From assembly GCF_902459465.1 (NCBI RefSeq), contig NC_047066.1, positions 11,098,001-11,162,000 on the forward strand: a stretch of 64,000 nucleotides of DNA, read 5' to 3'. The DNA comes from Asterias rubens (lineage: Eukaryota). Position numbers and translations under genes: made by a program. Within the stretch, counting starts at the first letter, position 1. The number at the start of each line of letters is the position of its first letter. Shown here one piece after another: positions 23,650 to 36,699 of this stretch. The notes under the pieces are model-generated. The model had not been told where the DNA came from. It did not search any database and worked only from the letters and a program-made list of their open reading frames with translations.

Positions 23650-24816
23650 ATGGGTTCAAACGTGGCATTAAGTGACTGCAGTGCTTCTTATAACATCACT
23701 GAGGAGACAGTTTCTGAGTGGCTTTTTACTCCAGCAGACACCATCATTATTACCGTCATCACACCTATCATCATGGCTCTTGGTCTCATCAACAACTCTA
23801 CTTTTCTATTTGTAATTTTCCGTTCTCCAAAACTGAGATCTGAAACTAATATTTACTTGGCACATTTGGCAATGGCTGATCTTCTGTACCTGATTTTGAG
23901 TGTTTTCCACGATCTCATTATGTACAAAACAGGGCCCACAATAAGAGGAAGTGTTATCTGGGGCACATTTCTTATGAGCTCAGCAGAATGCATCTGCTTT
24001 ATAATAGTGACAAATACTGGTTATTTTGCATCAATTGTATTTCTTACCATGGTATCATTTGAGAGATACCTTGCCATGTGCCACCCCTTCAAACATCTGA
24101 AAATACGTGGACAGCGTCGAACAAACAAAACAGTGGCAATCTGCTGGCTGGTGGGGTTGATTTTTTCAGGAATAACCGTTCCTGGCGCAGCTAAACATGC
24201 TATTAAATGTCTTCAATGGCCCGATGATGAAATGTACCATGGGTTTCCATCCACTGTGGCGTCTTGTGGTGCCGTACAGCCATGGGTTATCTACTACACT
24301 ACACCATTGTTAAATATTCCTTGGCTAATTGCACTGGTTGCCAACATTTACATGTTTGTAAAAATCATACAGACATTACACAAGCGCAAGAGTGCCTTAG
24401 GTAAGACACAAAGATACAACGAAGCAGTGAATACTCGAAACCAAGTAGCCAAGATGCTGATTGTCAACGGAGTAGTATTCTTCATCTGCCAGACACCATA
24501 CCGCGTGATAAGTCTGACTGAATGGGTTAGTCTTTTAGCAAAGATTCAGGATCCTTTACATGCAAGTCTTGGGCTTGCAAAAGTATGGGTTTCTTTAATT
24601 CCTCAGTATGTCAACACCATTGTCAACCCTTTGATCTACGGTGTGATGAGTTCTCAATACCGTTCAGCTTTAATAGTTGCCTTTCAGTGCAAGAGAAGAT
24701 CCAGAAAAAAGGAATTTTCTGCGACCATTTCTTCAAATGTTATCAATGCACCTGAGACCGATATGCGATCGTCCAACACAATTAAAGACAATGAAAAGGT
24801 GGAAAGCAGACTGTGA
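23650..24816 (+). CDS. Intronless class A (rhodopsin-like) GPCR, copy 1, 388 aa
   Basis: 7 hydrophobic segments; N1.50, LAMADL, ERY, TM4 W, FFICQTP, NPLIY motifs; N-terminal NITE sequon. Confidence 0.96.
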   Translation: MGSNVALSDCSASYNITEETVSEWLFTPADTIIITVITPIIMALGLINNSTFLFVIFRSPKLRSETNIYLAHLAMADLLYLILSVFHDLIMYKTGPTIRGSVIWGTFLMSSAECICFIIVTNTGYFASIVFLTMVSFERYLAMCHPFKHLKIRGQRRTNKTVAICWLVGLIFSGITVPGAAKHAIKCLQWPDDEMYHGFPSTVASCGAVQPWVIYYTTPLLNIPWLIALVANIYMFVKIIQTLHKRKSALGKTQRYNEAVNTRNQVAKMLIVNGVVFFICQTPYRVISLTEWVSLLAKIQDPLHASLGLAKVWVSLIPQYVNTIVNPLIYGVMSSQYRSALIVAFQCKRRSRKKEFSATISSNVINAPETDMRSSNTIKDNEKVESRL

Positions 24817-26759
24817 TTGAAAACAACTGAATTTTTGTAAATTGAACTGAGGTAAGCCAATTAATTGTCTTGCATCATGATCAACAAGACATTGTTCAGA
24901 GAGGTGTAGAATGGTTGGTAACTTTGGAAAGTCTCTAACAAATCAATAAGGAAGAAGCAAGAAATGTACTCTAAAGACTTTTGTAAAACTTCATTTTTTG
25001 AAACATTTTGTAAAGATTACTTAAAACTGTGCCCTGTTAAACACATTATAAAATGCAAAAAACTGTGCAAATATAGATACCAAATAATAAAATAAAAAAA
25101 TTCACCACAGGGATTAGGGTGTTAAAATAACACAAATACTTTCACAACAAATACATTGGTGTTATTTTCACACCCTTAATGTTAATTTTGATTTTCTCTT
25201 TGGTATCTATATGTGACAACACATAGTTTTTGCAGTGCAAATCCATGATTAAGTTGTACTCTGTCTACTTTGTCATTCAATTCAATTCCATCAAATATTT
25301 CCACAATATTACAGAACTACATTATGCCTAAATACTGGGTTTTATTCCATACTTAATTAATATTCAAACATTTTTAAAAGGGCGAAATCCAATGCCACTT
25401 CAATTGAATATCAAAGTTAGGAAAGAACCAACAAATATTTGAGAATGGGGGAAAAACACTTGAAATGGGACCTAAATATTTCTTACAGATTTATTACAAA
25501 AATTGCACTAACTTGCAGATTTGGAGGGTTACTTTAAAATCTTACTGAAGTTTAATGGCCAGTAGATGGTAACCGTTTGATCACAATTCCACAGCAAACA
25601 GGCTTCCAAGCCTAACCAGCTGTGTAACTGATGCTTTCTTCTAAAATGTGGAATCAGAGATACTCCACAAGCGAGAAGTTAGATTAATTAGGTTCAGGAA
25701 AAATGACAGCTTTATTTTGGAAGATTTGAGGTGATACGAATATTAGATATGAAGTAGTTTAGTACTTTACCAACAGATGGAAAAGGTGATAGAAGTATGC
25801 TTCTTTCATGTATAACAGTCATCAGACCTTTTCTTCTAAAATGTGGAATCAGAAAGACTGCACAAGTGAGAAGTTGGAATGATGAGGTTCAGAAGAAAAA
25901 AAAACCCAGCTTGGGTAACTTAATGACTTTAATCAAAACCTAAAAGTGGCTTAACTCTACATATAGTGACAAGGGTCTGATGAGAGTTGAATGAAGCATG
26001 GCTCTATCACTGTTGGTAAATTACTACACTATTTCAATCACCGACTCACCCCAAAACTTCCAAAATCAATTGCTTACAGACTTCTACACGAACCCATGAA
26101 CTCTTAGCATCCGGTGTCGGGTCAACCAGAGTATTTTTTTACAAGGGTCGAAACGTTTTAGTGTTGATTTTGATGAAAAGAGTCCTTGAGTATTTATTAC
26201 TTGTGAGAACTGTTCATGAGCTTTAATTTTGTTTAACATTAGCCAATCAATTACTAATTGACAGAGCACAATCCAAGCGAGATCATTATTAGATACTGCA
26301 TCACTTTGACCATTATAAAACAACAAAAGAGAACCTCATTGCTGCACTTAGTGCGTCAATACATTATTTATATAAGAAATCAATCAAGGCGAAGTTGAAC
26401 TCAGATAGAGCAGGCAACTACTAGCTGTACAATGCTCCTTTCTCCATAAACCTTGTGCGGGAAGGTATAGTTGGACGCGTACAGACTACGACTGCGATTC
26501 TTGATATCAAACAGTTATCAATGTTCAATCAATACAAACACAGAGCGTTTGCTTTTTTAACTAGACTAAGACAAACGTAAAACAGTCTTACACAAATGGG
26601 ATATGAAGTTGTTGCTGATGTTATTTGTCTCGTTTTGCATTCTTCAAACCGAACCCCTGCAAGACATCTTAATGCAACTAAAAAGAAAAACTTCAATCCA
26701 AGTAAAGTGACTAGTGTCGACCTCAATTCACCAATAAACTCTGCATGGATAAAGCCAAC

Positions 26760-27905
26760 ATGGGTTCGAACGTGGCATCAAGTGACTGCAGTGCTTTTAC
26801 AAACATCACTGAGGAGACAGTTTCTGAGTGGCTTTTTACTCCAGCAGACTCCATCATTATTACCGGCATCATACCGATTATCATGGCTCTTGGTCTCATC
26901 AACAACTTTACTTTTCTATTTGTGGTTTTCCGTTCTCCAAAAATGAGATCTGAAACTATTATGTACTTGACACATTTGGCAGTCGCTGATCTTCTGTACC
27001 TGTTTATGGGTGCCGGATCGAAGCTCGGAAAGTACAAAACAGCGCCAGTTATTGGAGGCACTTTTCTTAAGAACTCAGCAGAATGCATCTGCTTTTTTTT
27101 AGTTATTAATACTTGCTATTTTGCATCGATTGCTTTTGTTACCATGGTTTCGTTCGAGAGATACATTGCCCTGTGCCATCCCATCAAACATCTGAAAATA
27201 CGTGGACGGCGTCGAACAAACAAAACAGTGGCGATCTGCTGGCTGGTTGGGTTAATGTTTTCAGGAATAACATTACCTGGCGCAGCTAAACATGCTACTA
27301 AATGTCTCCAATGGCCCGATGATGACAAGTACCATGGGTTTCCATCCACTGTGGCGTCTTGTGGTGCCGTACAGCCATGGGTTATCTACTTCACTAAACC
27401 ATTGTTAAATATTCCTTGGCTAATTGCGCTGGTTGCCAACATTTACATGTTTGTTAAAATCATACAGACATTACACAAGCGCAGGAGTGCCTTAGGTAAG
27501 ACACAAAGATACAACGAAGCAGTGCATACTCGAAACCAAGTAGCCAAGATGCTGATTGTCAACGGAGTAGTATTCTTCATCTGCCAGACACCATACCGCG
27601 TGATAAGTCTGACCTCATGGGTTAGTCTTTTAGCAAAGATTCAGGATCCTTTACACGCAAGTCTTGGGCTTGCAAAAGTATGGGTTTCTTTAATTCCTCA
27701 GTATGTCAACACCATTGTCAACCCTTTGATCTACGGTGTGATGAGTTCTCAATACCGTTCAGCTTTAATTGTTGCCTTTCAGTGCAAGAGAAGATCCAGA
27801 AATAAGGAAGTTTCTGCAACCATTTCTTCAAATGTTTTCAACGCACTCCAGATGCAATCGTTCGACACATTTAACGACAGTATGAAGATGGAAAGCAGAG
27901 TGTGA
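26760..27905 (+). CDS. Intronless class A GPCR, copy 2 (381 aa from the paralog-conserved ATG; in-frame upstream ATG at 26745)
   Basis: Same motifs; close paralog of copies 1, 3 and 4. Confidence 0.96.
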   Translation: MGSNVASSDCSAFTNITEETVSEWLFTPADSIIITGIIPIIMALGLINNFTFLFVVFRSPKMRSETIMYLTHLAVADLLYLFMGAGSKLGKYKTAPVIGGTFLKNSAECICFFLVINTCYFASIAFVTMVSFERYIALCHPIKHLKIRGRRRTNKTVAICWLVGLMFSGITLPGAAKHATKCLQWPDDDKYHGFPSTVASCGAVQPWVIYFTKPLLNIPWLIALVANIYMFVKIIQTLHKRRSALGKTQRYNEAVHTRNQVAKMLIVNGVVFFICQTPYRVISLTSWVSLLAKIQDPLHASLGLAKVWVSLIPQYVNTIVNPLIYGVMSSQYRSALIVAFQCKRRSRNKEVSATISSNVFNALQMQSFDTFNDSMKMESRV

Positions 27906-28865
27906 ATAAAATTGATGAATTTTTCAAAATTCAAATGTAAGCATCATGATCAACAGGAAGTTGTTCATATTCAGAGGTGTGGAATGATGGGTAAGTTTGG
28001 AAAGTCTCTAACAATTCAATAAGGAAGAAGCAAGGAACGTCCTCTAAAGACCTTTATCTGATGAAACATTTTGTGAAATTTATTTAAAACTGTGCACTGT
28101 GTTACACATTATTGTACATGTGTACAATGCAAAATCTGTCTCACATAGATACCAAATAAGGATCGAAACTTTACACAATAGGATGTTAATACATGTACAG
28201 TATAACACTTATACTGCGAAAGCAATTTACAAGGGGCTTAACATTAGATTTTAATTGCGCCTCTTTCTTGAATCTAGACGGACAGCACCTACATTATGGC
28301 GTTAATTTTACATGGTCACTAATCTACAGTGTATGTCCATATTTAGTTTACTTAGTGTACTTTGTCGTTTTGCATGTACTGGGTGTTTTTCAACACATGA
28401 TTCATATATGTACAAGTATCAACATTTAGTGCAATCATAATTGAATATCAACAAAAGTCAGGCAGGAACTTAACATTTTCTGTATAAGGGGAAAAACATA
28501 CTTAAAATGTGACGTCAAAAAAAAAATCTTTTTTTTATAAAAAGTGCACTTCAAGACTTGGAGGGGAACTTTTTAGCTTTTGTTGAACAGCTGGTGGATG
28601 GGAAAAGTTTGTTCACTTCTGTGTCTTGCATGTCAATGAGTGTTGCTGCTGTGTTTCTTTCAAAGTGGAGTCAAAGAGATTACACATCTCAGAAGCTAGA
28701 AAGATTAAAGTTGAAGCAAAAAAAACAGATAAGCGCCTGGTGGCTTAACTTTACATAAAGTGGCAAGGGAATGATGACTGTAATTTCTTGAAAGAAGCAT
28801 GGTTCAATCACCTTTTATTCCTTATACAATTTTTTTCATGAGCTTTACTTTTCAAAGCTATGTTT

Positions 28866-29230
28866 TTAAAAGCACTCGACATTACACCCGACATTGGTAA
28901 TTACTCAAAATAATTGTTAGCTTAGCAAATTTACTTGGTAGTGGGCAATGGAGAGCTGTTGATAGTATAAAACTTTGTGAGAAACGGCTCCCTCTGAAAT
29001 AACGTAGTTTTTGAGAAAGAAGTAATTTCTCACTAAAACATTTGAATTGAATTTGACGTGTCAAATTCAAGCATTTGAAAGCACACAACTTGTGCGACAA
29101 GGGTGTTTATTCGCTCGAAACTTGACGACCAATTGAGCTCAAAGTTCCACAGATTTGTTTTGTTATGCATATGAGATACACCAAGTGAAAAGACAAGTAT
29201 TTGAGCAATTACCAAAGGTCGAGTGCCTTA
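28866..29230. mobile_element. Kolobok-type MITE family A, inserted before the 3.3 kb duplication
   Basis: Near-identical twin at 32175-32540 in the same flanking context. Confidence 0.8.
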
Positions 29231-30040
29231 GGTATTAAAAAAAAATGTTTTTAAATCTACAAATCTTTGTTTGTTTGACATTTACAAGTCACTTACATGT
29301 ACTTATTGACAGAATACAATCTAAACAAGATCATTATTAAGCAATGCATCAACATTTGACAGTGATAAAGCAACAAAAGAGTAGACTACCTCATTGCTGT
29401 ACTTAGTGAGTCAATAAAGTCTTTATTTAGATAAAGCACATGAGGCAAGAATGTACTTTGAAGTAGACAACTACTATGTACAAGACTCGTTTCCTCCATA
29501 CTCTTGAACAGGAAGGCACACACAGTTGGACACGTCCAGTCTACATTTCTTAATATCATTACTTGATTGTGATATCTCGTTACTCCGAGATGAAGTCTGC
29601 GCAAACAACTGCCTCCCTATATTCAATAGACATTCTTCACCTTAATAGCAGATGTGCAGAAGATCCTTGAACGTATAAAAACCAAATCGTGACGGCACAG
29701 AGATTTTTAATGATTTGATGAATTCTTCAAAGAGAACCACAGTGGCAAAATAATGGGATTGTTGATATAATCCATGTGGGCATATTTAAAAAGTCTTCTC
29801 CGATAGGGCCTATTCAAAGGACAGAAATACAACAGCACAAAGGTATGGCTTTTGAAACTTTACTATAACAATATAAGCAAAAACAGTCTATCAGCAAGTT
29901 GGAGTCTGATGTTAATTGTCTTCAAGCGAAATCCGCAAGACATCTTTATTGCAACTTGGAAAAAAGACTTCCTTGTAAGTATAAGTGACCACCAGTGACG
30001 TGTAGGATTTCATCGTTAAACTTTTAGAGGATATAACAGC

Positions 30041-31189
30041 ATGGGTTCAAATATGACTTCAAGTGATGACTGCAGTGCTTTTACAAACATCACTGAGGAC
30101 AAAGTTGCTCGGTGGCTTTTTACTCCAGCAGACACCATCATTATTACCGTCATCATACCGATCATCATGGCTCTTGGGTTCATCAACAACTCTACTTTTC
30201 TATTTGTAATTTTACGTTCTCCAAAAATGAGATCTGAAACTATTAGGTACTTGACACATTTGGCAGTCGCTGATCTTCTGTACCTGTTTATGGGTGCCGG
30301 ATCCAAGCTCGGAAAGTACAAAACAGCGCCAGTTATTGGAGGCACTTTTCTTAAGAACTCAGCAGAATGCATCTGCTTTTTTTTAGTTATTAATACTTGC
30401 TATTTTGCATCGATTGCTTTTGTTACCATGGTTTCGTTCGAGAGATACATTGCCCTGTGCCATCCCATCAAACATCTGAAAATACGTGGACGGCGTCGAA
30501 CGAACAAAACAGTGGCGATCTGCTGGCTGGTTGGGTTAATTTTTTCAGGATTAACATTACCTGGCTCAGCTAAACATGTTATTAAATGTCTTCAATGGCC
30601 CGATGATGACAAGTACCATGGGTTCCCATCCACTGTGGCGTCTTGTGGTGCCATACAACCATGGGTTATCTACTTCACTAAACCATTGTTAAATATTCCT
30701 TGGCTAATTGCGCTGGTTGCCAACATTTACATGTTTGTTAAAATCATACAGACATTACACAAGCGCAGGAGTGCCTTAGGTAAGACACAAAGATACAACG
30801 AAGCAGTGCATACTCGAAACCAAGTAGCCAAGATGCTGATTGTCAATGGAGTAGTATTCTTCATCTGCCAGACACCATACCGCGTGATAAGTCTGACTGA
30901 ATGGGTTAGTCTTTTAGCAAAGATTCAGGATCCTTTACACGCAAGTCTTGGGCTTGCAAAGTTATGGGTTTCTTTAATTCCTCAGTATGTCAACACCATT
31001 GTCAACCCTTTGATCTACGGTGTGATGAGTTCACAATACCGTTCAGCTTTAATAGTTGCCTTTCAGTGCAAGAGAAGATCCAGAAATAAGGAAGTTTCTG
31101 CAACCATTTCTTCAAATGTTTTCAACGCACTCCAGATGCAATCGTTCGACACATTTAACGACAGTATGAAGATGGAAAGCAGAGTGTGA
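30041..31189 (+). CDS. Intronless class A GPCR, copy 3, 382 aa (chimera of copy-4-like 5' end and copy-2-like body)
   Basis: Same motifs; direct comparison with copies 2 and 4. Confidence 0.96.
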   Translation: MGSNMTSSDDCSAFTNITEDKVARWLFTPADTIIITVIIPIIMALGFINNSTFLFVILRSPKMRSETIRYLTHLAVADLLYLFMGAGSKLGKYKTAPVIGGTFLKNSAECICFFLVINTCYFASIAFVTMVSFERYIALCHPIKHLKIRGRRRTNKTVAICWLVGLIFSGLTLPGSAKHVIKCLQWPDDDKYHGFPSTVASCGAIQPWVIYFTKPLLNIPWLIALVANIYMFVKIIQTLHKRRSALGKTQRYNEAVHTRNQVAKMLIVNGVVFFICQTPYRVISLTEWVSLLAKIQDPLHASLGLAKLWVSLIPQYVNTIVNPLIYGVMSSQYRSALIVAFQCKRRSRNKEVSATISSNVFNALQMQSFDTFNDSMKMESRV

Positions 31190-32174
31190 ATAAAATTGAT
31201 GAATTTTTGAAAACTCAAATGTAAGCATCATGATCAACAGGAAGTTGTTCATATTCAGAGGTGTGGAATGATGGGTAAGTTTGGAAAGTCTCTAACAATT
31301 CAATAAGGAAGAAGCAAGGAATGTCCTCTAAAGACCTTTATCTGATGAAACATTTTGTGAAATTTATTTAAAACTGTGCACTGTGTTACACATTATTGTA
31401 CATGTGTACAATGCAAAATCTGTCTCACATAGATACCAAATAAGGATCGAAACTTTACACAATAGGATGTTAATACATGTACAGTATAACACTTATACTA
31501 CAAAAGCAATTTACAAAGGGCTAAACACCATTATATTTAAATTTCGCCTCTTTCTTGAATCTAGACGGACAGCACCTACATTATGGCGTTAATTTTACAT
31601 GGTCACTAATCTACAGTGTATGTCCATATTTAGTTTACTTAGTGTACATGTACTTTGTCGTTTTGCATGTACTGGGTGTTATTCAACACATGATTCATAT
31701 ATGTACAAGTATCAACATTTAGTGCAATCATAATTGAATATCAACAAAAGTCAGGCAGGAACTTAACATTTTCTGTATAAGGGGAAAAACAAACTTAAAA
31801 TGTGACGTCAAATAAAAATTTCTTTTTTTTATAAAAGGTGCACTTCAAGATTTGGAGGGGAACTTTTTAGCTTTTGTTGAACAGCTGGTGGATGGGAAAA
31901 GTTTGTTCACTTCTCGGCAGCAAACTGTGTCTTGCATGTCAAGGAGTGTTGCTGCTGTGTTTCTTTCAAAGTGGAGTCAAAGAGATTACACATCTCAGAA
32001 GCTAGAAAGATTAAAGTTGAAGCAAAAAAACAGATAAGCGCCTGGTGTAAGCGCTTAATTTTACATAAAGTGGCAAGGGAATGATGACTGTAATTTCTTG
32101 AAAGAAGCATGGTTCAATCCCCTTTTATTCCTTATACAAATTTTTTCACGAGCTTTAGTTTTCAAAGCTATGTT

Positions 32175-32540
32175 TTTAAAGGCACTTGACATTACACTCG
32201 ACATTGGTAATTACTCAAAATAATTGTTAGCATAGCAAATTTACCTGGTAATGGGCAATGGAGAGCTGTTGATAGTATAACACTTTGTGAGAAACGGCTC
32301 CCTCTGAAATAACGTAGTTTTTGAGAATGAAGTAATTTCTCACTAAAATATTTGAACTGAATTTGAGGTGTCAAATTCAAGCATCTGAAAGCACACAACT
32401 TGTGCGACAAGGGTGTTTATTCTCTCAAAACTTGACGACCAATTGAGCTCAAAGTTTCACAGATTTGTTATGTTATGCTTATGAGACACACCAAGTGAAA
32501 AGACAAGTATTTGAGCAATTACCAAAGGTCGAGTGCCTTA
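32175..32540. mobile_element. Kolobok-type MITE family A, duplicated twin
   Basis: See 28866-29230. Confidence 0.8.
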
Positions 32541-33344
32541 GGTATTAAAAAAAAAATGTTTTTAAATCTCTAAATCTTTGTTTGTTTGACATTTACAAGT
32601 CACTTACTTATTGACAGAATACAATCTAAACAAGATCATTATTAAGCAATGCATCAACATTTGACAGTGATAAAGCAATAAATAGTAGACTACCTCATTG
32701 CTGTACTTAGTGAGTCAATAAAGTCTTTATTTAGATAAAGCACATGAGGCGAGAATGTACTTTGAAGCAGACAACTACTGTGTACAAGACTCGTTTTCTC
32801 ATTACTCTTGAACAAGAAGGCACACAGTTGGACACGTTCAGTCTACGTTTCTTAATATCATTACTTGATTGTGATATCTCGTTACCCCGAGATGAAGTCG
32901 GCGCAAACAACTGCCTCCCTGTATTCAATAGACATTCTTCACCTTAATAGCAGATGTGCAGAAGATCCTTGAACGTATGACAACCAAATTGTGACGGCAC
33001 AGAGATTTTAAATGATTTGATGAATTCTTCAAAGAGAACCACAGTGGCAAAAATAATGGGATTGTTGATATAATCTATGTGGGCATATTTAAAAAGTCTT
33101 CTCCGATAGGGCCTATTCAAAGGACAGAAATACAACAGCACAAAGGTATGGCTTTTGAAACTTTACTATAACAATATAAGCAAAAACAGTCTATCAGCAA
33201 GTTGGAAATCTGATGTTAATTGTCTTCAAGCCAAATCTGCAAGACATCTTTATTGCAACTTGGAAAAAAGACTTCCTTGTAAGTATAAGTGACCACCAGT
33301 GACGTGTAGGATTTCATCGTTAAACTTTTAGAGGATATAACAGC

Positions 33345-34499
33345 ATGGGTTCAAATATGACTTCAACTGATGACTGCAGTGCTTTTACAAACATCACTGA
33401 GGACAAAGTTTCCCGGTGGCTTTTTACTCCAGCAGACACCATCATTATTACCGTCATCATACCAATCATCATGGGTCTTGGTCTCATCAACAACTTTACT
33501 TTTCTATTTGTAATTTTACGTTCTCCAAAAATGAGATCTGAAACTATTATTTACTTGGCACATTTGGCAGTCGCTGATCTTCTCTACCTGATCTTGGGTG
33601 CTACATCTAAGCTTGGAAAGTACAAAACAGCACCAGTTATTGGAGGCACTTTTCAAAGAAGCTCAGCAGAATGCATCTGCCTTCAGACAGTAATAAATAC
33701 TGGTTATTTTGCATCAATTGCTTTTGTTACCATGGTATCATTTGAGAGATACCTTGCCATGTGCCATCCCATCAAACATTTGAAAATACGTGGACAGCGT
33801 CGAACAAACAAAACAGTGGCGATCTGCTGGCTGGTGGGGTTAATTTTTTCAGGAATAACAGTGCCTGGCGCAGCTAAACATGCTACTAAATGTCTTCAAT
33901 GGCCCGATGATGACAAGTACCATGGTTTCCCATCCACTGTGGCGTCTTGTGGTGCTATACAGCCATGGGTAATCTACATCACTAAACCATTGTTAAATGT
34001 TCCTTGGCTAATTGCGCTGGTTGCCAACATTTACATGTTTGTAAAAATCATACAGACATTACACAAGCGCAAGAGTGCCTTAGGTAAGACACAAAGATAC
34101 AACGAAGCAGTGAATACTCAGAACCAAGTAGCCAAGATGCTGATTGTCAATGGAGTAGTATTCTTCATCTGCCAGACACCATACCGCGTGATAAGTCTGA
34201 CTGAATGGGTTAGTCTCTTAGCACAGATTCCAGATCCTATATACGCAAGACTGGGGCTTGCAAAGTTATGGGTTTCTTTAATTCCTCAGTCTGTCAACAC
34301 CATTGTCAACCCTTTGATCTACGGTGGGATGAGTTCTCAGTATCGCTCAGCTTTAATAATCACGTTTTGCAGCAAAAGAAGATCCAAAAATAAGGAAGTT
34401 TCTGCAACCATTCATCTCCATGTTTTAACTGCACCTGAGACTGATGTGCGATTCACCAACACATTCAAAGACGATAAGAATGTGGAAAGCAGACTGTGA
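33345..34499 (+). CDS. Intronless class A GPCR, copy 4, 384 aa
   Basis: Same motifs. Confidence 0.96.
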   Translation: MGSNMTSTDDCSAFTNITEDKVSRWLFTPADTIIITVIIPIIMGLGLINNFTFLFVILRSPKMRSETIIYLAHLAVADLLYLILGATSKLGKYKTAPVIGGTFQRSSAECICLQTVINTGYFASIAFVTMVSFERYLAMCHPIKHLKIRGQRRTNKTVAICWLVGLIFSGITVPGAAKHATKCLQWPDDDKYHGFPSTVASCGAIQPWVIYITKPLLNVPWLIALVANIYMFVKIIQTLHKRKSALGKTQRYNEAVNTQNQVAKMLIVNGVVFFICQTPYRVISLTEWVSLLAQIPDPIYARLGLAKLWVSLIPQSVNTIVNPLIYGGMSSQYRSALIITFCSKRRSKNKEVSATIHLHVLTAPETDVRFTNTFKDDKNVESRL

Positions 34500-34653
34500 A
34501 TAAAAACAACTGAAATTTGCAAACTCAACCTATAGGTAAGCAAATTACATCATGATCAACAGGAAGTTGTTCATATTTGAAGATCAGTGTTGAAGGGTGT
34601 GTAATTTTGGAAAGTATCAAACAAATATCATCAAGGAAGAAGAAAAAACTGTC

Positions 34654-35038
34654 CTGGTGGACACTATTGGTAAGTACTCAAAATAATTATTAGCCTAAAA
34701 CCTTACCTGGGAACAAGTTTTGGGAGCTTTGATGGTGTAAAATATTTTAAAAGGCAGCTCCCTCTGAAGTGACATAGTTACCGAGAAAAAAGTGATTTTC
34801 AAAAAATTTGATTCGAGACCTCAGATATAGAACTTGAGGTCTCAAAATCAAGCACCTAAAAGCACACAATTTCGTGTGACAAGAGTGTTTTTTTTTTCAT
34901 TATTATCTCACAACTTCCATGACTGATTGAGTTCAAATGTTCACAGGTTTGTTATTTTATGCATATGTTGAGATACAGCAAGTGAGAAGACTGGTCTTTG
35001 ACATTACGAATAGTGTCCAGCATGTCCAGTGTCTTTAA
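34654..35038. mobile_element. Kolobok-type MITE family A in the 3' flank of GPCR4 (further fragment at ~35270-35570)
   Basis: Family homology. Confidence 0.75.
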
Positions 35039-35726
35039 CACTTTGCTTTTTCAAAATGAGTTTATAAAGTTGGTTTAATTCTGTGTAACAACATAAACTG
35101 CAAAAACATAAACTGCAAACTTTATAACATATGGTCTTAAAAAACAATTACCCTGTTTTTTTTAAAACACCTTATGTTAATTTTAACTCTCTGTCTACGG
35201 TGTGTTTACATGCACCCATGGTGTAACTTTTATCAATCCAACTTTCAAAGTGTATAAAATAATTATCCACGTAATTACTCAAATTAATTGTTTATATGTT
35301 GCACAACAACTTATGTACTTGGTACCGAGCAACAGAGAGCTGTTGATAGTTGAATAATAGTGCGAAACGGCTCCCTCTGAAGTAACCTAGTTTTTGAGAA
35401 AGAGGTTATTTCTTACTCAAATATTAAAATATGTCAGGCCTGAAGCCTTTTTTGTATAGGCATCTGAGAGCACACAAATTTATACAACAAGGGTATTTTT
35501 TTCTTTCATTATTCTCTTGCAACCTCGATGACCCATTGAGTCCAAATTTTCACAGATTCGTTGTGGTATTTGTTGTGTTCCTGGCTGTGGCAGCTGTGTA
35601 TGCACCTTAGCACAATTGCCAACCCTTATAAGGTGCTATATAATTGGGTCTCAGAGTTCATAACTTGATCAATAACCTATTTTCTACTAAAATGTATATA
35701 CTAAGCGCCTTGGTACATTTGTACCT

Positions 35727-36118
35727 TTAAGCCAGTGGACACTATTGGTAATTGTCAAAGACTAGTCTTCACAGTCGGTGTATCTCAACATATGCATAAA
35801 ATAACAAACCTGTGAAAATTTGAGCTCAATCGGTCGTCGAAGTTGCGAGATATTAATGAAAGAAAAAAAAACACCCTTGTAACACCAAGTTGTGTGCTTT
35901 CACAGATGCTTGATTTTGAGACCTAAAATTCTAAACTTGAGGTCTCGAAATCAAATTCAGGGAAAAATACTTCTATCTCGAAAACTACGTCACTTCAGAG
36001 GGAGCTGTTTCTCACACTGTTTTATACTATCAACCTCTTCCCGTTACTCGTAATCAAGAAAGGTTTTATGATGATAATTATTTTGAGTTAATTACCAATA
36101 ATGTCCACTGCCCTTTAA
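35727..36118. mobile_element. Kolobok-type MITE family A
   Basis: TIRs + TTAA. Confidence 0.83.
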
Positions 36119-36699
36119 TGGTAGATACGTGTGCTAAATAAGACATTTTATTATTATTATGAATTTGGGGTACACCAAGTGAGAATACTGGTCTTTACCT
36201 TTAAGTTTGACTTTGTGTTCTTTGTCATTGTAGTCTTGGAGTTAATTGCTTTATGGAATTTTCATCGATGTTTATTACTTTTTGAATCGTGGAACATATA
36301 CATTGTAGTCACAGAGCTGCAGCTTCAACTGCTGTGTATACTTTCATTAAATTGCATGAAGGGAACTGTTGCAGAATACATGCATCGGTATCATGTGTCA
36401 ACAAACAGTGCAAACTAATCAAATGAAACAATCCAAAACATTGTTGGTTTGGTTAATTAACGTCCCTATTTTAGATGAATCTTTGCATAGTAACTAAACT
36501 GCTCGAACAATAAGTTATTTCATATAGATTCCTGGCTAACATTAGGGACATTCAGAATAAATAAAAGACCCATAATTAAAAATGTCTCCTTTTTAGAAGA
36601 AGCATTGTGCGGAAGTGTGTTCCGAGTGGTTAAAGAATGCATACACAAACCAACAAACAATCAATGTTCTGAATTACTTTTAAGTTAGAAGCCTTTAGA

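Larger units (their letters stand above)
26935..33550 (+). repeat. Recent tandem segmental duplication, two ~3.3 kb units
   Basis: Copy-2 body and 3' flank recur at offset 3284; copy-3 upstream region recurs at offset 3304; both units carry the same MITE (28866-29230 and 32175-32540). Confidence 0.92.

Noticed and set aside
26745-26759. MDKAN extension on GPCR2, and longer ORF-track starts for GPCR6 (48056) and GPCR7 (56851)
   Set aside because: Not conserved in paralogs; the 26745 ATG aligns with non-ATG sequence (gagg) in copies 1, 3 and 4
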